NCBI GenBank assembly: GCA_951406725.2
Contig: OX597839.1
Coordinates: 36,208,001-36,272,000 of the forward strand
DNA length: 64,000 nucleotides
Direction: 5' to 3'
From: Octopus vulgaris
Taxonomy: Eukaryota
How positions within the stretch are numbered: position 1 is the first letter of the stretch; every line of letters starts with the position of its first letter. Both the position numbers and the translations under genes were made by a program. A model generated the notes under the pieces. That model ran no database searches and was not told the origin of the DNA. It worked only from the letters and a program-made list of their open reading frames with translations. This document shows, one piece after another, positions 40,201 through 55,259 of the stretch.

Positions 40201-41789
40201 TTATTATTATTACAACATTGTATTGGACCTTTAGATTGGTCCAAGAAGGCATCTTCATAGATGATTATAAGCAATTGACTTGATTCATAACTGGTATTCC
40301 CATTTATTGAGAAGTTTGAGTACTAAAAACAGCATATTGACAGCTTGTAGGATTTGAACTTTGAATGTAGAGGATCGGAACTAAATACTTTGAGGTATTT
40401 GTTATGGTGATGAGGATTCAGTTAAGCACCAGGCTCTTGCTGCTACCTAACACCACCACCACCACCACCACCACCATAAAATAAATATTAGAAATAATAA
40501 ATTACACCAGTTATCAGGTGACCTCATCTCAAGAAAGTGGGCCAATGGCTGTTTTGTTGATGACTTCTCATAGTTTGGTTGAATGAATCACTTCAATGCA
40601 TTTCATGTTTTACACACCATTGTTGTTGTTGTTGCTGTTGTTGTTTCGGTGATATATCTGTTTTTAATTCCACACTATTTGCCCAAGTAATTCCACTCTG
40701 ATAATTTCAGAACAGAGACATGCGCGAGTGTGGGTGTGCAGCCATGGGAAGTCATGTGCTACAAGGTTTTCATGTCTGTCAACAAATTTGTTCACTTGCA
40801 CCGCAGAGCCTACAAAGACCAGGATGTGTGTAAAAAGCATGAAAAAAGTGAACATAAAAATGGGCAAAGACTGTGTATGTTTGTGTGTGTGTGCATCTTT
40901 CATCATACACATTAATTTGCATTTTATATATAGTAAATTGCTGCCATAAATTGCACTCTCCCTCTCTCTTTTTCTCTCAACATAGATACAGCTCTTCAGT
41001 AGTGATTTAGTCAGACTTAGTTTTGACTAAATAATTTTATCTTATATTGAATTCCAATTTACATTTGTGGGAAGCTATCCTGGTATATCTCATCACATCA
41101 CAGTTTTATGTTCATTGTAATACGCACACACTCATGTCTATGTGCATATACAAATGTATTTATACACACACATACACCCTATGCATATATTACTATAATT
41201 GTTAAGTATAGGGAACATATTAGGTATGTATATATATATATATATGCGTGTGTCTCTGTATGTATGTATTGATCCCAATACAGCTTAGTAGAGTGTATAT
41301 AGAGAAGTGGCTGTAACCTACTTTCAGCTCGTATGCTACATAATCTCTCATAATTAATCAATGATTTAATGACTTTCTGATTAAAGTTAGATTATTAATC
41401 AGTAGCAGCTGCATGAGTCATCACGAGTTGTCTGAGTTATGTCGTGGTGGTCACTGTGGGTAGGGAGTTTGTTAGTTGGTGGTGGGTCAGGAGGTGATGG
41501 CCTTGGGGTAGATAATGGTGTGGTGGTTTACGTGAATAACAATTCGGTGAAAGTGAGCCCTGATGTTTAATGGTAGCTGTTGTTTGGTGAAGCCCTTGTA
41601 ATGGTCCATTGTCATATTGTTTAATGTTTAGTAACTTTGGTAGATTGGTGTGAATGGTGGGTTAACGAAGGACAAAGTGTGGTAATGGTTGGCTCATTTA
41701 GTCTTCTAATTAGCCATTTAATAGCATGGTTTATCCTTTCAGATTTTACCTGCATCTATCCACGCATGTGACTAACATAATTCTTAACC

Positions 41790-42018
41790 CTTTTGACACG
41801 AACCTTCCTGAAACTGTCCCTGTTTCTATGGTGCAAACATTCCTGGGTTTTAACTGATCTAAATTAGAATCTCCCACCAGAATTTCGTGTTGATTTATGT
41901 TCCAAACATCAGCTCACCAAACATCAGCTCAATAATGATGGTTATTTTACTAAATTCTTCATTATTTTTAGAGTTTGTTGAATCAGTATTTTTCAACAGA
42001 AATATGATAATGGGAGGA
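41790..42018 (-). mobile_element. Old TTAA MITE family C (related to family A)
   Basis: ttaacccttttgacac ... gggagga ttaa; related fragments at 3798-4980, 17905-18210, 25915-26490, 32476-33296, 50471-50833 and 52540-52865. Confidence 0.6.
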
Positions 42019-42207
42019 TTAATGAATCAGTCAACAGTCAGATTAATTCTGATTGTTAGTTAATATTTGTAGAAATGAGGAGTTGGGGGTGAACAGCCTC
42101 CTCTCCTGGTAACAATATATAATATCATGAGGATGGAATAATAGTCTCTCATCTTCTAGAGTTATCTGTAATTACTGTGATATGGAGGAGAGAGAGTACG
42201 GCTTAAG

Positions 42208-42238
<31 letters not shown>

Positions 42239-42242
42239 TTAA

Positions 42243-42463
42243 CCCTTTAGTGTTTGCATTATTCTGCCAAAATTAATGTTTCTTCATCCACATTGTTTTG
42301 AACTAATCATGCATTATCTTGTAGCTATGAGATTTTGATGAGGTAGCTGTTAATTTTTAAAACGATATTGTAGGGCTGGTGTGAGAGACCAGATCTGGCT
42401 AGTTTGAACATAAAACAGGCAGAATACTTTCGGCCGGATATGGCCAGTTTAAATGCTAAAGGG
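42243..42463 (+). mobile_element. piggyBac-type MITE family B
   Basis: TTAA on both sides; older copies at ~2634-2833 and ~34120-34329. Confidence 0.88.
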
Positions 42464-45297
42464 TTAATGTCTGTTTTCCTTGTTGGTTTTTGGCTGGAGG
42501 GTTTGTATAGGCTCTGTCAAGACGCAGGGCTGCATTGAGCTCCGATGCCAGCTTTGATGTGGTTTCTACAGCTGGATGCTCTTCCTGAAGCCAACTGCTT
42601 TACAGTGGGTGTTGGGTGGGTGCCTTTTATGTGGCACTGGCACATGTGGTGGGGCTAAGTGACTTGCAAGACAGGCAAGGAGTGGGGGAGTATTTAAGAT
42701 GGTAGGTAGGTGGCTTTATGGCCCTTTTTTTCCCTTTCTATGTCCAGTTTTATTTTACTACAATTCTAATGTAACATAGTTGTTTAATTAATTGCTTTTC
42801 TTAATTTTGATTGGAAGACTTTATTAGAACAGCAAACTTTTAAATACCTTGTGGTGGTGTTTGCTCCTTTCTGTTTTACATCCCATACTTTTTTTAAGTC
42901 CATGGTTGACTTTGGACCTTCAGCTGTCTGTATTTTATGGGGAATGATTAAATTGACTGTAGGGTGTCGTGCCAATGTTAGAAATCATCATCATCCTCAT
43001 CATCATTATTGATGGTGAACTGGCAGAATTGTTAGAACATTGGAAAAAATGCTTTGCAATAATGGCTGTTGCAAGATTTCCTTTTGGAAATTATCTGCCT
43101 GACCATTATATTGGAGAACTAATGTGGATGTACTTGTGTGTGTGTGTTTTACTTTTCATTATTGTCTTTATCATCATCACTATCAACAATTTACTCATTA
43201 TTTCAAATGTTTATTTGTGGTGTTTCTTAGGGGAAGGCGGAGAAGGACCAAAGCAAATATGAAAAACTGAGGGTGGGTGGGGAGAACAACAACAACAACA
43301 ACCAAAGTTCAAGGGTCAATATTATGAGGTTGATGGTCAAGCAAGAAAAAAAAAAAAAAAACTTGAATAAAAGTATAACATTTCAGACAGTCTTTTGTCG
43401 AATATTAAAGGGAAGTCCAGGGGAGATGGGAAAACGCATATGGGTCAGGTTCATATATATATGTGTGTGTATGTATGTATGTGTATATATATATATATGT
43501 GTGTGTGTATGTGAGAGAGAGAAATAAGTCTTTTCACATGTAATTTCTTGAAGCATCATTCACCATTTCAATGAATCAATCATTTGCAATCCAAATTATC
43601 ATTTTTTATCAGCCTCAAATTTGTTTCCTGTCAGATACAAGTTGAGGCTGGAATATTTAAAGAACTCCATGGAAAGTGATTGAATGTAATTTTCTTTGTC
43701 TTTGAGTTCGTTGTAATTCTAAAAAAAAAACATAGACAAAGAAACAAACGGGTATTAGGGAGTGTTAAAAGAGTGCGATCAATGGCGTGTGGCCAGGTTT
43801 TACATGATTGTGAGGGTGGAAGTGACCGGCCATACTCGCCATTGGTTTCTAATAAAGAACGGGCTGTCTCGGATGATGATCTACATGTAGAACAAGTTTG
43901 ACCTGTTCTGTGGTTGCTTATTGAAATCCAAGATAATAGATTGTTTGCAGAGATGGAAGTGTATTGCTAGTGTCAGACAAACTTGTACAGATAACAAGAG
44001 CGAGATAGCATCCCAAATTAGTTGTCAATTATTTCTATAAAAGCTGCAAGATTCATATCTTCTGCTCTACACAGAATTGTATTTGCTAGCTTCACTAAAT
44101 CAGCCCACACACTTCCTTCCACTGCTTAACACTGTAATCTGTTGTACTCTCAGTCCATCTGTACACAATGCTGCCTTTATGTGAGTTTATTTTTAGTCTG
44201 TTCTGCTCTGTTTTCACCGATCTTTGCTCAAAGACATTCCAGTTATGAATGCAATATCTTTTTCTTTGTTTTTGTTTTCGAAGACTGAGTCTATCAAGGA
44301 CTACATTATTCAATGTCTCTTCCTTAGAATGGTAGTGTTTGATGTAAAGGTGGCTTGGTTGCTATTTCTAGAAAGTTGAGTGTCCAGACAGAGGTTCCCT
44401 TGTTGCTTCATATTTCACTGGCAAAAGAAACTGATAAAATCATCATCATCATCTTCATCGTTAAGTACCAGATTTTAAAAAAAGCTTTATTTCTAAGATT
44501 GATCTATTTGATTAAACTCTTCAGACTGATGCTCCAGCATGGCTGAAAACAAGTAAAAGATAAAATATATAAATATGTGGAATGTTGTTGGCTTATTTTC
44601 CATTCACTTTCCAAGCGGTTATTGTGTGGGACTTGACATTAAATTCCAGATCAGTTCTTCAAAATTCCTGCCCTTCTGGACTAAATATTACTTGTAACAT
44701 TCTATAAAAAAGATGAACATTTTACTACTGCAATTGATGGCACAAAAAAACACACAAGCTAATTGGGTGTAACCCCAATTTCAGCAGTTACATTTAGGCA
44801 AAAAAAGAGTGTCAAGAACTAAATTAGCTTATAGGAGGCCCAACTTCGCATACAGGACCTGGGGAGATTATTGGGAAAAAAAAATGTATCTTATATGCCA
44901 TCATACAGTCCTTTTAAACCTTCTTGTCTTAGCAATGGTATTATTGTTAGACTAGCTCCACTGTCCAAGGTAATCATTGAAGAAGGCACAAGTTTATATT
45001 TCATCAATATGTTTGTTATCGTATTTTACAGAAATACACTTCCTTTGTTCCAATTAATTTTGAAAATAATGAAAAATCTAGGACAATTACTTTGTGACTG
45101 AATAAAGTAATGTTCAGATTATGGACTTAAAACGGCATTTTAATGGCAGATGTGAATTTAGATAACTTTAAACTGGAAGATGATATCACTTGACCAGGGG
45201 CAGTCTCCGGTAGTTGGGATATCAAAAAGAACCAGGGTCAATCTCCAGCAGGTTGGTAATATCTCTAGTTTGTGTTCATCTTGTCTTTTATTATTTT

Positions 45298-45498
45298 GAA
45301 GGGATGGTCGTGGCTGGAATGTCTTTCCCAATAAGTTTGTTGAATAAGGACTGGCCCGAGCTTAACACACAGCAGTCAACTTTTTAGCAAGCATCTCTTT
45401 CAAAACAGAAGATGTATTGTTCTAATGCATCTTCTGTTTTGAAAGTCCTTATTCAACAAACTTATTGGGAAAGACATTCCAGCCACAACCATCCCTTC
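45298..45498. repeat. 55-bp near-perfect inverted repeat enclosing a 22-bp hairpin
   Basis: 45298-45352 vs 45444-45498: 54/55 complementary. 45397-45418 vs 45424-45445: 21/22 plus a G-U pair, 5-nt loop. Confidence 0.95.
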
Positions 45499-46064
45499 TT
45501 TTGTAGATATTTGTTCAATATATCTTTGCCTTTTGAAAATGGAGTATGCTTAGAGGAAGGTCTAACTGCTATCTCTTGTAGGTCAGGCGGCTGACTCTGG
45601 CCACTTTATGGTTCTGCTCTCCTCTGCTTGTTATACTGAAATAGCCAAAAGAAGTTGTTGGAAGGTGGTCATTTGTAAGACTACAGTGTAATGAGCGGCT
45701 TGGCCATTACTGTGTAATGACTGGTCAGAATTCCATCCACTACCTCATTATGTGTGTGTGTGTTTATTATACATTCACATGCACACATACACACACACAC
45801 ACATACACACACACACACACACAAGCCTTGTAATTTGGTTTCAGTTCTTCCTGCTACTGACCCAAAACCTCCTTGTGTGTGTGTGTGTGTGTGTAAGTGG
45901 GGTGAGAGAGAGAGGGGGGACGACAGGAAACGTTAATTAATGTCACCCTGTTACCCTAAATAGACATACCTTACTTAATGGTTATGATTCATTTTCACTA
46001 AAATTGGATTTGGTTGAAGTGGCTGGTGGTGCTAAAGCCACCACATCTCATCACTTCAATTGCA

Positions 46065-46097
<33 letters not shown>

Positions 46098-46220
46098 CAG
46101 TGGGTAGGGTCGGGATGTAAATGATGTTACTGACATAGCAGCAACAGTGGTAGTGGTGGTTGTAGTAGTAGTAGCTGTAGTAGTAGGTGGTCTGAATTAG
46201 CTTGTGCAGTATGCAACAGT

Positions 46221-46782
46221 TCTGTGTGTGTTTGTATAAATGTGTGTGTGTGTGTGTTTGTATAAATGTGTGTGTGTGTGTGTGTTTGTATAAATGTGTG
46301 TGTGTGTGTTTGTATAAATGTGTGTGTGTTTGTATAAATGTGTGTGTGTGTGTTTGTATAAATGTGTGTGTGTGTTTGTATAAATGTGTGTGTGTGTGTT
46401 GATGTGTATAAATGTGTGTGTGTGTGTGTGTGTTGATCTGTATAAATGTGTGTGTGTGTGTGTGTGTGTTTGTATAAATGTGTGTGTGTGTGTGTGTTTG
46501 TATAAATGTGTGTGTGTGTTTGTATAAATGTGTGTGTGTGTGTTTGTATAAATGTGTGTGTGTGTGTGTGTGTTTGTATAAATGTGTGTGTGTGTTTGTA
46601 TAAATGTGTGTGTGTGTGTTTGTATAAATGTGTGTGTGTGTGTGTTTGTATAAATGTGTGTGTGTGTGTGTTGTGTTGTAATTATTAATGTACTCGATCT
46701 ACGCATTTGCGAAGTTAGTGTAGTCACGTGTGTGCGTGTATATATCTGTCTCTTTATAATATATATATATATATATACATAT

Positions 46783-46827
<45 letters not shown>

Positions 46828-46999
46828 CAAAGCTACTTACATGTACACAACTTTACAACTTGTGCATATTTGTGTTGTATATATATATATACATACATAT
46901 ATATACATTATATATATATATATCTGTCTCTTTATACATATATATATATACATATACATATATATACACGTACATATATATATACATATATATATATAC

Positions 47000-47055
<56 letters not shown>

Positions 47056-47071
47056 ACACGTACATATATAT

Positions 47072-47123
<52 letters not shown>
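46221..47123. repeat. Minisatellite tttgtataaa(tg)n followed by a (TA)/(CA) complex
   Basis: About 20 visible units to ~46670, then dinucleotide tracts. Confidence 0.95.
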
Positions 47124-47128
<5 letters not shown>

Positions 47129-47455
47129 GTTGTGCATGTGTGTATTAATGCTGTTATATCCATTTTTTTTTCTACTTAATGACACAGCAAGAAATTTATC
47201 TAAAAAACCGAAATCAAAACCCAAAACAAAAGAGAAAAGCAGTAACCAAAAATTCCTCCATTTTCAGGATTTATTGAATTCTTGAAAATGTCATGTTACA
47301 ATTTACAGCAGCTCTGTAAAAGTCAGTTCCTCCTTTCTTTCTCTGACTCTCTCAACCAGTTCTAACCAGCTCCAACCATTCTCTCAGATAGTGGAGTGGT
47401 GGTGGTGGTAGTGGTAGTGGTGGTGTCTGATCACTACCACTTCTTGGTTGCAGTG

Positions 47456-47524
<69 letters not shown>

Positions 47525-47666
47525 GTAACAACTGTGTTGGCAGTGAGGTATTTTAATTAATTAGCAATTGGAACCGTTTTTACATCCAGGGTTTGGAATT
47601 ATTACAGCTTCTCCCCTCTACCCCATTCCACCCCCACCTCTTTCCTATAATTTATCATTTTTGTTG

Positions 47667-47697
<31 letters not shown>

Positions 47698-48706
47698 TAT
47701 ATGTAGAATAATTATATGAATATGTACAAAGTGTGTGTGTATATTTTTGTACTTGTGCGTATATATATTTATGTATACATATGTGTGCATATTTTTATAT
47801 GTATAGACAAATGTGTAGCATCAATTTTTACTACTACTACTACTACTGATGCTGTTGCTACTACTACTACTCGGTTATATAAGTACAGGTGATATTTGAT
47901 CCTTAATGTTAAAGTAATAAAATGTTAGAATTTTAGTCAAATCTACCTTGAAATCATTCCAGACTTTTCTGTGTGTACATGTAATTATTTAACCAGCTTG
48001 TCTTGGTTCGTTATGTTGATGACAATAATAATTTATTAGTCACACGGACTCCAATACAATGGGGACAGTAAAAGAATGAAATAATGTAAAGTCAGTGTTC
48101 AGTTGGAGGGGGTGATCTAAAAGGAAGGCAAGATTAATTAATGATAACGATGATGATGATGATAATGAGAAAAAAATTCTTTCAAATTTTGGCACAAGGT
48201 CAGAAATTTTGAGGGAAGGGTGCAAGTTGATTACGTTGGTCCCCCAGTGCTTTACTAATGGCAAGGTTGAAAATTGACTCTAGCAGAATTTGAACTCAGA
48301 ATATAAAGGGCTGGAATGATGATCCTGCCCACTTACTGCTAATAATAATAATATTAATAATAATGGTTTCAAATTTTCGCACAAGGCCAGCAATTTGGTG
48401 GGGAGAGGGACTAGTCAATTACATCAACCCCAGTTGCTCAGCTGTTTCTTATTTTATCGACCCTGGAAGGGTGAAAGGCAAAATCGACCTCAGCAGAATA
48501 TTATAATAATAGTAATAATAATAATAATAGAAATAAAATTGTCTCTGAGTCGTGGGCGGGGTGGAGGTGGGGGGTACTGAGGCATAATTACACAACCTGA
48601 CTGTAAAAGATCTACGTTTTGTGGAACAACAACAACAATAATAATGCTAAGGTCAACAGTTGCATATATTCTGGCGCATAAAAAGCCAGAACTAAACAAA
48701 CAGAAA

Positions 48707-48759
<53 letters not shown>

Positions 48760-51700
48760 TTAGGACAAGGTTGTTTACTAGAAATGCAGCAATCTATGAA
48801 AAATGAAGCAGCCTTTTATTGGATGGTAATCTTGTTGACAGCTGATAGTTTTCCTTTGCTGGCTACTTTATCTACACACACACACACACACGTGTGTGTA
48901 TGCCATCCACTACACAACACATATCTGTACACTACACACATACCATACACCACAGTAAAACACACACCAGACCATGCACACACACACACACGTCATACAT
49001 TACACACACACCACAGACAGTACACTAGACAGTTATCACAATCACCATACATTACACGTACACACTAAACATTACACTATTACACACACACACACATCCA
49101 CCCCCACACACTACTTCCACACACACACACTACTTCTACACACATGCATGTGCGCACACACACACACACACACACACACCATACTCAAACATACATACAA
49201 TCTCACTGTTTTAAAAACCTCTTTAAATCAAAACCAATTGATGTGAAGTAGTTTTATGATGTAATGGGTGGGATGAGAGAGTGGTGGGGTAGCAGGATTG
49301 TACTTTGAGATGAATTGATTATTTTTGGCTTTCTTTTCTTTCTTCCTTTTTTTTTTTTTTTGTTTTTTTTTCTGTTTCCATTCCTCTTTGACTAAATCTG
49401 TACATTCTATATATCAGCCAGGCTGTACTTGCACTCCTGCTGCTACTAGCCAGCTAAGCATACATAATAAATAGCAGTGGTAGCAGCAGTAGTAGTAGCA
49501 GTAGCAGCAGCAGCAGCAGTAGTAGTAGTGGTGGTGGCATTATTGATTTTTCTTACCTTTTTCCTCTATTGTCTCTTTCCACCAGCTGATAGCTGCCCAG
49601 TCATCTCTCTCCGTCTCTCCTCTCTCTCCTTCTCTCTCTCCTCCCCATCATGTTGCTACCACCATCACTGCCACCACCACCACCACCACCACCATCGGCC
49701 ACCATATGGAATACTATAAAATGGGCTTCGTTAATGCTAGGTCACTGTGTTGATAAACTGATTGATTGAAGCAACAAACTTTGTGCATCATTATAAAGTT
49801 TCCTTCGCTTGAATTTTCCTCTTCGTCCTTCCTCTTCGTCTTCTCTCCATCTCGATATACAACACCTACACAGTTCTACTTCATTCCTCATTGCTTCTAC
49901 AAAATATTTTTTCCTTCTCTCTCTTTTTTTTTCTTCTTTCTTACTTCTTAGCTATTGCAGGTGAAACATTGAATTCACTTATTTTATCTTCCTTTGATGT
50001 CTTCTTCTCCCCCCTTCTCTGTTTCTCTCTCTCTCTGTCTTCTTAGAATTACATTTGTGAATTCTAAATTAGCACCATCTCTATGCTTCAATTTTCTGTT
50101 TGTGCATCCTATTAAGTGACTTTGTATTCTGTCATCTAAACTAGCATATCTCTCTCTCTGTCTCTCTCTCTTTCTCTCTCTCTCAGAATATTATTGATTT
50201 TGCTCTGCTATTACCATGGCAACTGACCTTTTCTTTCTGCTCTTGCTATTAAAAAGATGCTGCTATTGAACTGATGCTGATAGCAATTCTAGAAACTGGA
50301 TTAGCCAGTCTGTCTTTCTATTTCTAATTTACATTCTTCAAATGAGAATATTCTCCTCCCTTTCTGGTGCTAAGGTGTGCAGATATTGCATTTCTGGGTA
50401 GTGTGGAAGGGTCGCCAAAGACTCCTGGTTTGATGGCAGTAATAGGGACTAACAGACAGTTTTTACAATATTAACCTTTTTGTTAGCATATTTCTGTTGA
50501 AATACATTGGCTTTTTCTTCAATTAATTTTGGAAATAACGAATTTAGTGAAATAGCTTTCATATTTAAGCTAGTGTTTGTAACATAACATGAAATTTTGA
50601 CGGAGTGTTTTAATATAGATCAATTTAACCCCTTTGTTACCATATTTCTGTTGAAGTCATTCGTTTTTGTTCCAGTTATTTTTGAAAATAATAAAGAATT
50701 TAGTAAAATAACTTAGTCGTTATATTAAGCTGGTGTTTGGATCGTAAGTTAATATGAAATTTTGATGGAAGCTTTTAATTTAGATAATTTTAAAGCAGAA
50801 ATGCTTCTGGTGGGTTCGTACCAAAAGGCTTAAAAAATATACTGAGCAGTTTTGCATATTAACTATTTTCTTATTTGTCTATTTTAATTGAAATTTGAAT
50901 TAGAAATTGGGATTGATTTTTTTTTTTCCTTTTTTTTTTTTAATATTCTTATAGGAAATATTTTAAATTAGACTTTCTCTAATTGGCAAGAGAGTTGTCC
51001 TTGCCTTTCACACCCCCAACACTTCTGTTAGAAAATTTAGAGAACCTGTTAAAATATATTTTGTTTGTATTTCTTTCTCCTTTACAATTTGTCTATCTAT
51101 AATTCCCGCCTAAATGATTTGCAGACACTTCAATTAGCCACCAAGGTTTCTTTTGAGCTTTTGGTTTGTGACACAGAACTTTCAACCCATTCCACTTGAA
51201 GAAGCTACAGCACTAACATAGATAGTATTGAGTGGTGAGGGTCACCTTCTGATTTGAGTTTATGCATTTAAATCAGATATAAAGATGCATTTGACTATTC
51301 CTTGCCTGTCTGTCTCTCTTTCACAGACACTCATACACACTATGTACTGATATTGGGTTTGCTGAATAGCTTTCTCATTAGTTAGTTAGAGATCTGACCC
51401 CTTTACTTAGAGATCTAACCCCTCTTCTCCTGGTTATAATACTCATATGGCTGCCATACATGGAGTTTTGGAACCATAAAAATGGTAATGTCAGGAGCAG
51501 AGCAGTACCAACCCAACACACTTAGTTTTCTGATGGACTTCACTGGGGATGGTGAGGGGTGTCTTAAATCATGGAGTTTTTGGCTTCTGTTTTGCGTGCG
51601 TGCGTGTGTGTGTGTGTAAGAGAGAGAAAGAGTGAGATTCTTGGACAGTTATTTCATGCTGTCAGTCTTTGATGCTGCTTTCTCTTTCCGTTTCATAGGA

Positions 51701-53061
51701 AACTATTTTAACAGGTTTCAGTATTGTTGAGTTTGTGTAATCTAATTAGTGTTTAATTAGTTAACCTTGAACAATGTAAGCCTCATAGATATTAAATTAC
51801 CTTGTTTACAGCTAGCACATCTTAATAGCTAATTAAGTGTGTGTGTGTGTGTAGTTGCTGACAGCACCAAATTGAACAATATAAGATGTTGAATTTGTGA
51901 TGAACTTTTGGTCAATAACTGATGAGGGTTTCAACCTGTCCACATGCAGTTTGCATTTCCCCCCTGTTTTCTGTAGCTTCCTTTGTTGTTCCTCCGTGCC
52001 ATATTTTATTATGTTATTATCATTCTAGATTATTTTTACCAAATACCAACAAATGTCTTCAGTTTATGGAACATTGTTAGAAGTAGTAAGTAAGTTAATG
52101 GAATGTTTTACACTCTGTGATTGGCCATATTGTGAAATGATTGGTGATAGGATGGAAAAACCATCCTAAAAGTTACAACATACATAACAACAGGGTCGAT
52201 CAATGTTTTTGTCTCTCTCTGCCTGTCTGTCTCTCTCTGCCTGTCTGTCTCCCTACTGCCCTCTCTCTCTCTCTGAGCTGTGCCAATGGTGAACCAAGAG
52301 TGGTATGTTGTGAGATCTGCCTACCTCATGCCTTAGTCTCAGTCCCTTCCGTACAGTTGCTTCAGATTTTCTTTTGGAGGTAGCGTGCCATGTCTTCTTG
52401 AATCTCTCTCTCCATATATATGTGTGTGTGTGTGTGTGTTGGTCTGGCAGCAGTCAGAAAACATGACCTGCAAGTTTCACTCATCTTTCCACCATAATCT
52501 CTAGCAGGCTGCACACATTGGCTCTTCTCAATATTGCTCTTGGTTCAGTGTTAGAAAATTCCCTGTTTTAAAGTAGTCTGGATTGAAACTTCCCATTAAA
52601 ATTTCATGTTTATAAACATAGCAAACAGCTTGATGAATACAAAGTTATTTCCATAATTCTTCATTATCTTCAAAATTAATTGAAACAATTGAAGTGTACT
52701 TCGACAGAAATATGGTAACATAAATTACAACTTCCCATCAAAATTTCGTATGAACATGTGTTCCAAAGACTAGTTTAATAAGGATGGTTACTTTAAGGAA
52801 TTCTTTATTCTCAAAACTAATTGAAACAAGGGCAATATATTTCAATGTAAATTTGGGTTGCATAAATTCTTATATCCACTTCATCTAGTGACACATAATG
52901 TCCACCCCTGGTCAGCCCTTGAGAGCACAGACTTATGATAAAAAGACGTGTCAGAGAAATAGTCTTGGTCTTTTTAATGTTCTTCTCTTTTTTTAAAGAC
53001 AAGATACAGATTTATGGAGTTTTAGTTGCTATTTCTAGCCAATTTGGGTCCCTGTTTAGAG

Positions 53062-53320
53062 CAGCGTTTCTCAACCATTTAAAAAAATCTTTTAACCTAT
53101 GGACTCGTTTGATTCCTGTTTTACTTTGATGTATCCTACTAGCTATTCGATGTTTAAAAATTCACGTATTTTTATATTTAGATATTATTAGGGATTGTAT
53201 AAAAAAAAATTTTTTTTTATCTGTTGTGGAAGTATAACTGATTTATTGCAAATAAATTTTTTAACAACAAAATACGGGCCCCACCCCAAAGGCCATATGG
53301 GCCCTGGTTGAAAACCACTG
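53062..53320. mobile_element. hAT (Charlie-like) MITE
   Basis: TIR cagcgtttctcaacca / tggttgaaaaccactg; 8-bp TSD gtttagag (53054-53061, 53321-53328). Confidence 0.85.
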
Positions 53321-53835
53321 GTTTAGAGGCTCCTTGTCTAGTTACCTACAGCTGTATGTATCAATGCAAATTTCGGTGCAAACATGCACCTGCAGCCAGT
53401 ATCTATCTGCGTATCATCAATTTATTAGTAATCTCAATCTTGTTTAATCACTATTGAAGAATTCTGTTTTCACTTGATTAAAAAAAAATAATCCCACTTA
53501 GCTGCAATTACTGGAGGGTTTTTTCAATTAATTAATTTCTGTGTATGTGTATATATATATTTTTTTTTTTCTTGCAGTCTTTAATTATATTTTTAGATAT
53601 TAATCCTCACTGTCATTACTGCAGACATAAATAAGTATCAGTCTTATTAACTACTGTACAACAAACATCATTATCACCACCACCACCCTCTTTTAATGCC
53701 TGTCTTCCATGCTGGCATGGATTGAGTTTCCTGTCGTACAAAACATACAGTAACTGTTTATCTATATACACACTTGGAACAGCATAAAATTAAAACAGTG
53801 TGTATAAACTGTAATATTTTGTTCCTGAGAACTTC

Positions 53836-53932
<97 letters not shown>

Positions 53933-54079
53933 TAAAATCAACGAAAATGCATATTGCAAATAAAAAAAGGCTATTTATGACAGGTAAAGACATATATGCA
54001 TATATATATATTTTTTTTCTTTTCGTAACATATTTCTACTATATATATATGTATATATATATATAATGTCATCACAGGT

Positions 54080-54478
54080 ACAGGTGTGGTTGTGTGGCTG
54101 AGAATTTTATTGTCTGCAACCATATGGTTTTTGGGGCTCACTCCCAATGTGTAGCACCTTGGATGGGTGTCTTCTAGTATAGCCCTGAGCCAGTCAAAGC
54201 CTTGTGAGTGATTTTGGTAGATGGAACCTGAAAGAAGCCCATCGTGTGTGCCTGTGTGTCCGTGTTCATCTGTCCATTCTTGTCTTGCCATCATGTGTAG
54301 TGATGTTCATTTCCAATATTCAGCATAAGCCTGTCTGGGCCCAATTAGCCATTGGGGAATATTTCCTTGCTTGGAAGCAGGCGAGGGTTGGCAGCAGAAA
54401 GGACATCTGGCTGTAGAAACACTTCCTCTGTCTGATTCATGCAAGCATGGAAAAGAGAATGTTAAAACAACAACGATG
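54080..54478 (+). mobile_element. SINE family 1b
   Basis: Same head plus gagggttggcagcagaaaggacatctggctgtagaaac...gcaagcatggaaaa tail. Confidence 0.7.
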
Positions 54479-55016
54479 CCGATACATATTGACTGTATTA
54501 TACATATTATCAATAACGAACACCTGTCGTATCTGCGTGTTATATAATGCATTAGCTGAACTACAGAAATATCAGTGTTACATGAGAAATTTAGGAGACA
54601 ACATATATTGAATAGCTGCATTATAGATAGGTTTCAATGCTTGATGCATATACGAACTCCAGTATCGATATAATTGCTGTACTGTAGACATAGATATATT
54701 ACAGGCGCATGAGCTCTTACTGCAGATATTTTCTATATTGTAAACATGTATTGACTGTTTTATACATATATGTTGATTGTATAAAATACAGGTGTATAAT
54801 TACTGTATTGTGGTCATATATTGTTTGTAATGCTATACTGTAGATGTACTTCAACTGTTAAAGTAACATTTTAACTAAACCCATCCTTGCTATAGAATGC
54901 ATTATTTGCACCTTGGACAAATTTTAACCAAACTGTAGACATAGTAGCTGGACTACCTTTGGCATATATATATATATATAGTATAGGCATGTTTCACCTG
55001 TACTATGGACATATTT

Positions 55017-55170
55017 CAACTGCTCTACAGATGTACGTCAACTACTCTACAGATGTACGTCAACTGCTCTACAGATGTACGTCAACTGCTCTACAGATGT
55101 ACGTCAACTGCTCTACAGATGTATGTCAACTGCTCTACAGATGTACGTCAACTGCTCCTTAGATGTATGC
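55017..55170. repeat. 22-bp tandem repeat caactgctctacagatgtacgt, ~7 units
   Basis: Units start at 55017, 55039, 55061, 55083, 55105, 55127 and 55149. Confidence 0.95.
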
Positions 55171-55259
55171 CATCTACACTGTAGATGTATGTCAGTTGTA
55201 ACTATGGACTTCTATTAACAGGATATAAACATTGATTGGCCCATAGACCTGTAATCAAT

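Noticed and set aside
45397-45445. pre-miRNA
   Set aside because: Only 49 nt with a 5-nt loop and no basal stem; better explained as part of the fold-back duplication.
46197-47285. Long ORFs (up to 209 aa) rich in YI/HT/CV
   Set aside because: Translations of dinucleotide repeats; the same applies to 14626-15113, 38892-39215 and 63280-63821.
49477-49719. ORF with poly-Ala/Val and poly-His
   Set aside because: Built from GCA/GTA/CAC triplet repeats and CT tracts; no splice or homology support.
55017-55170. CRISPR-like regular repeats
   Set aside because: Units are contiguous with no unique spacers; eukaryotic context. The same holds for the minisatellites, whose spacers are only (TG)n.
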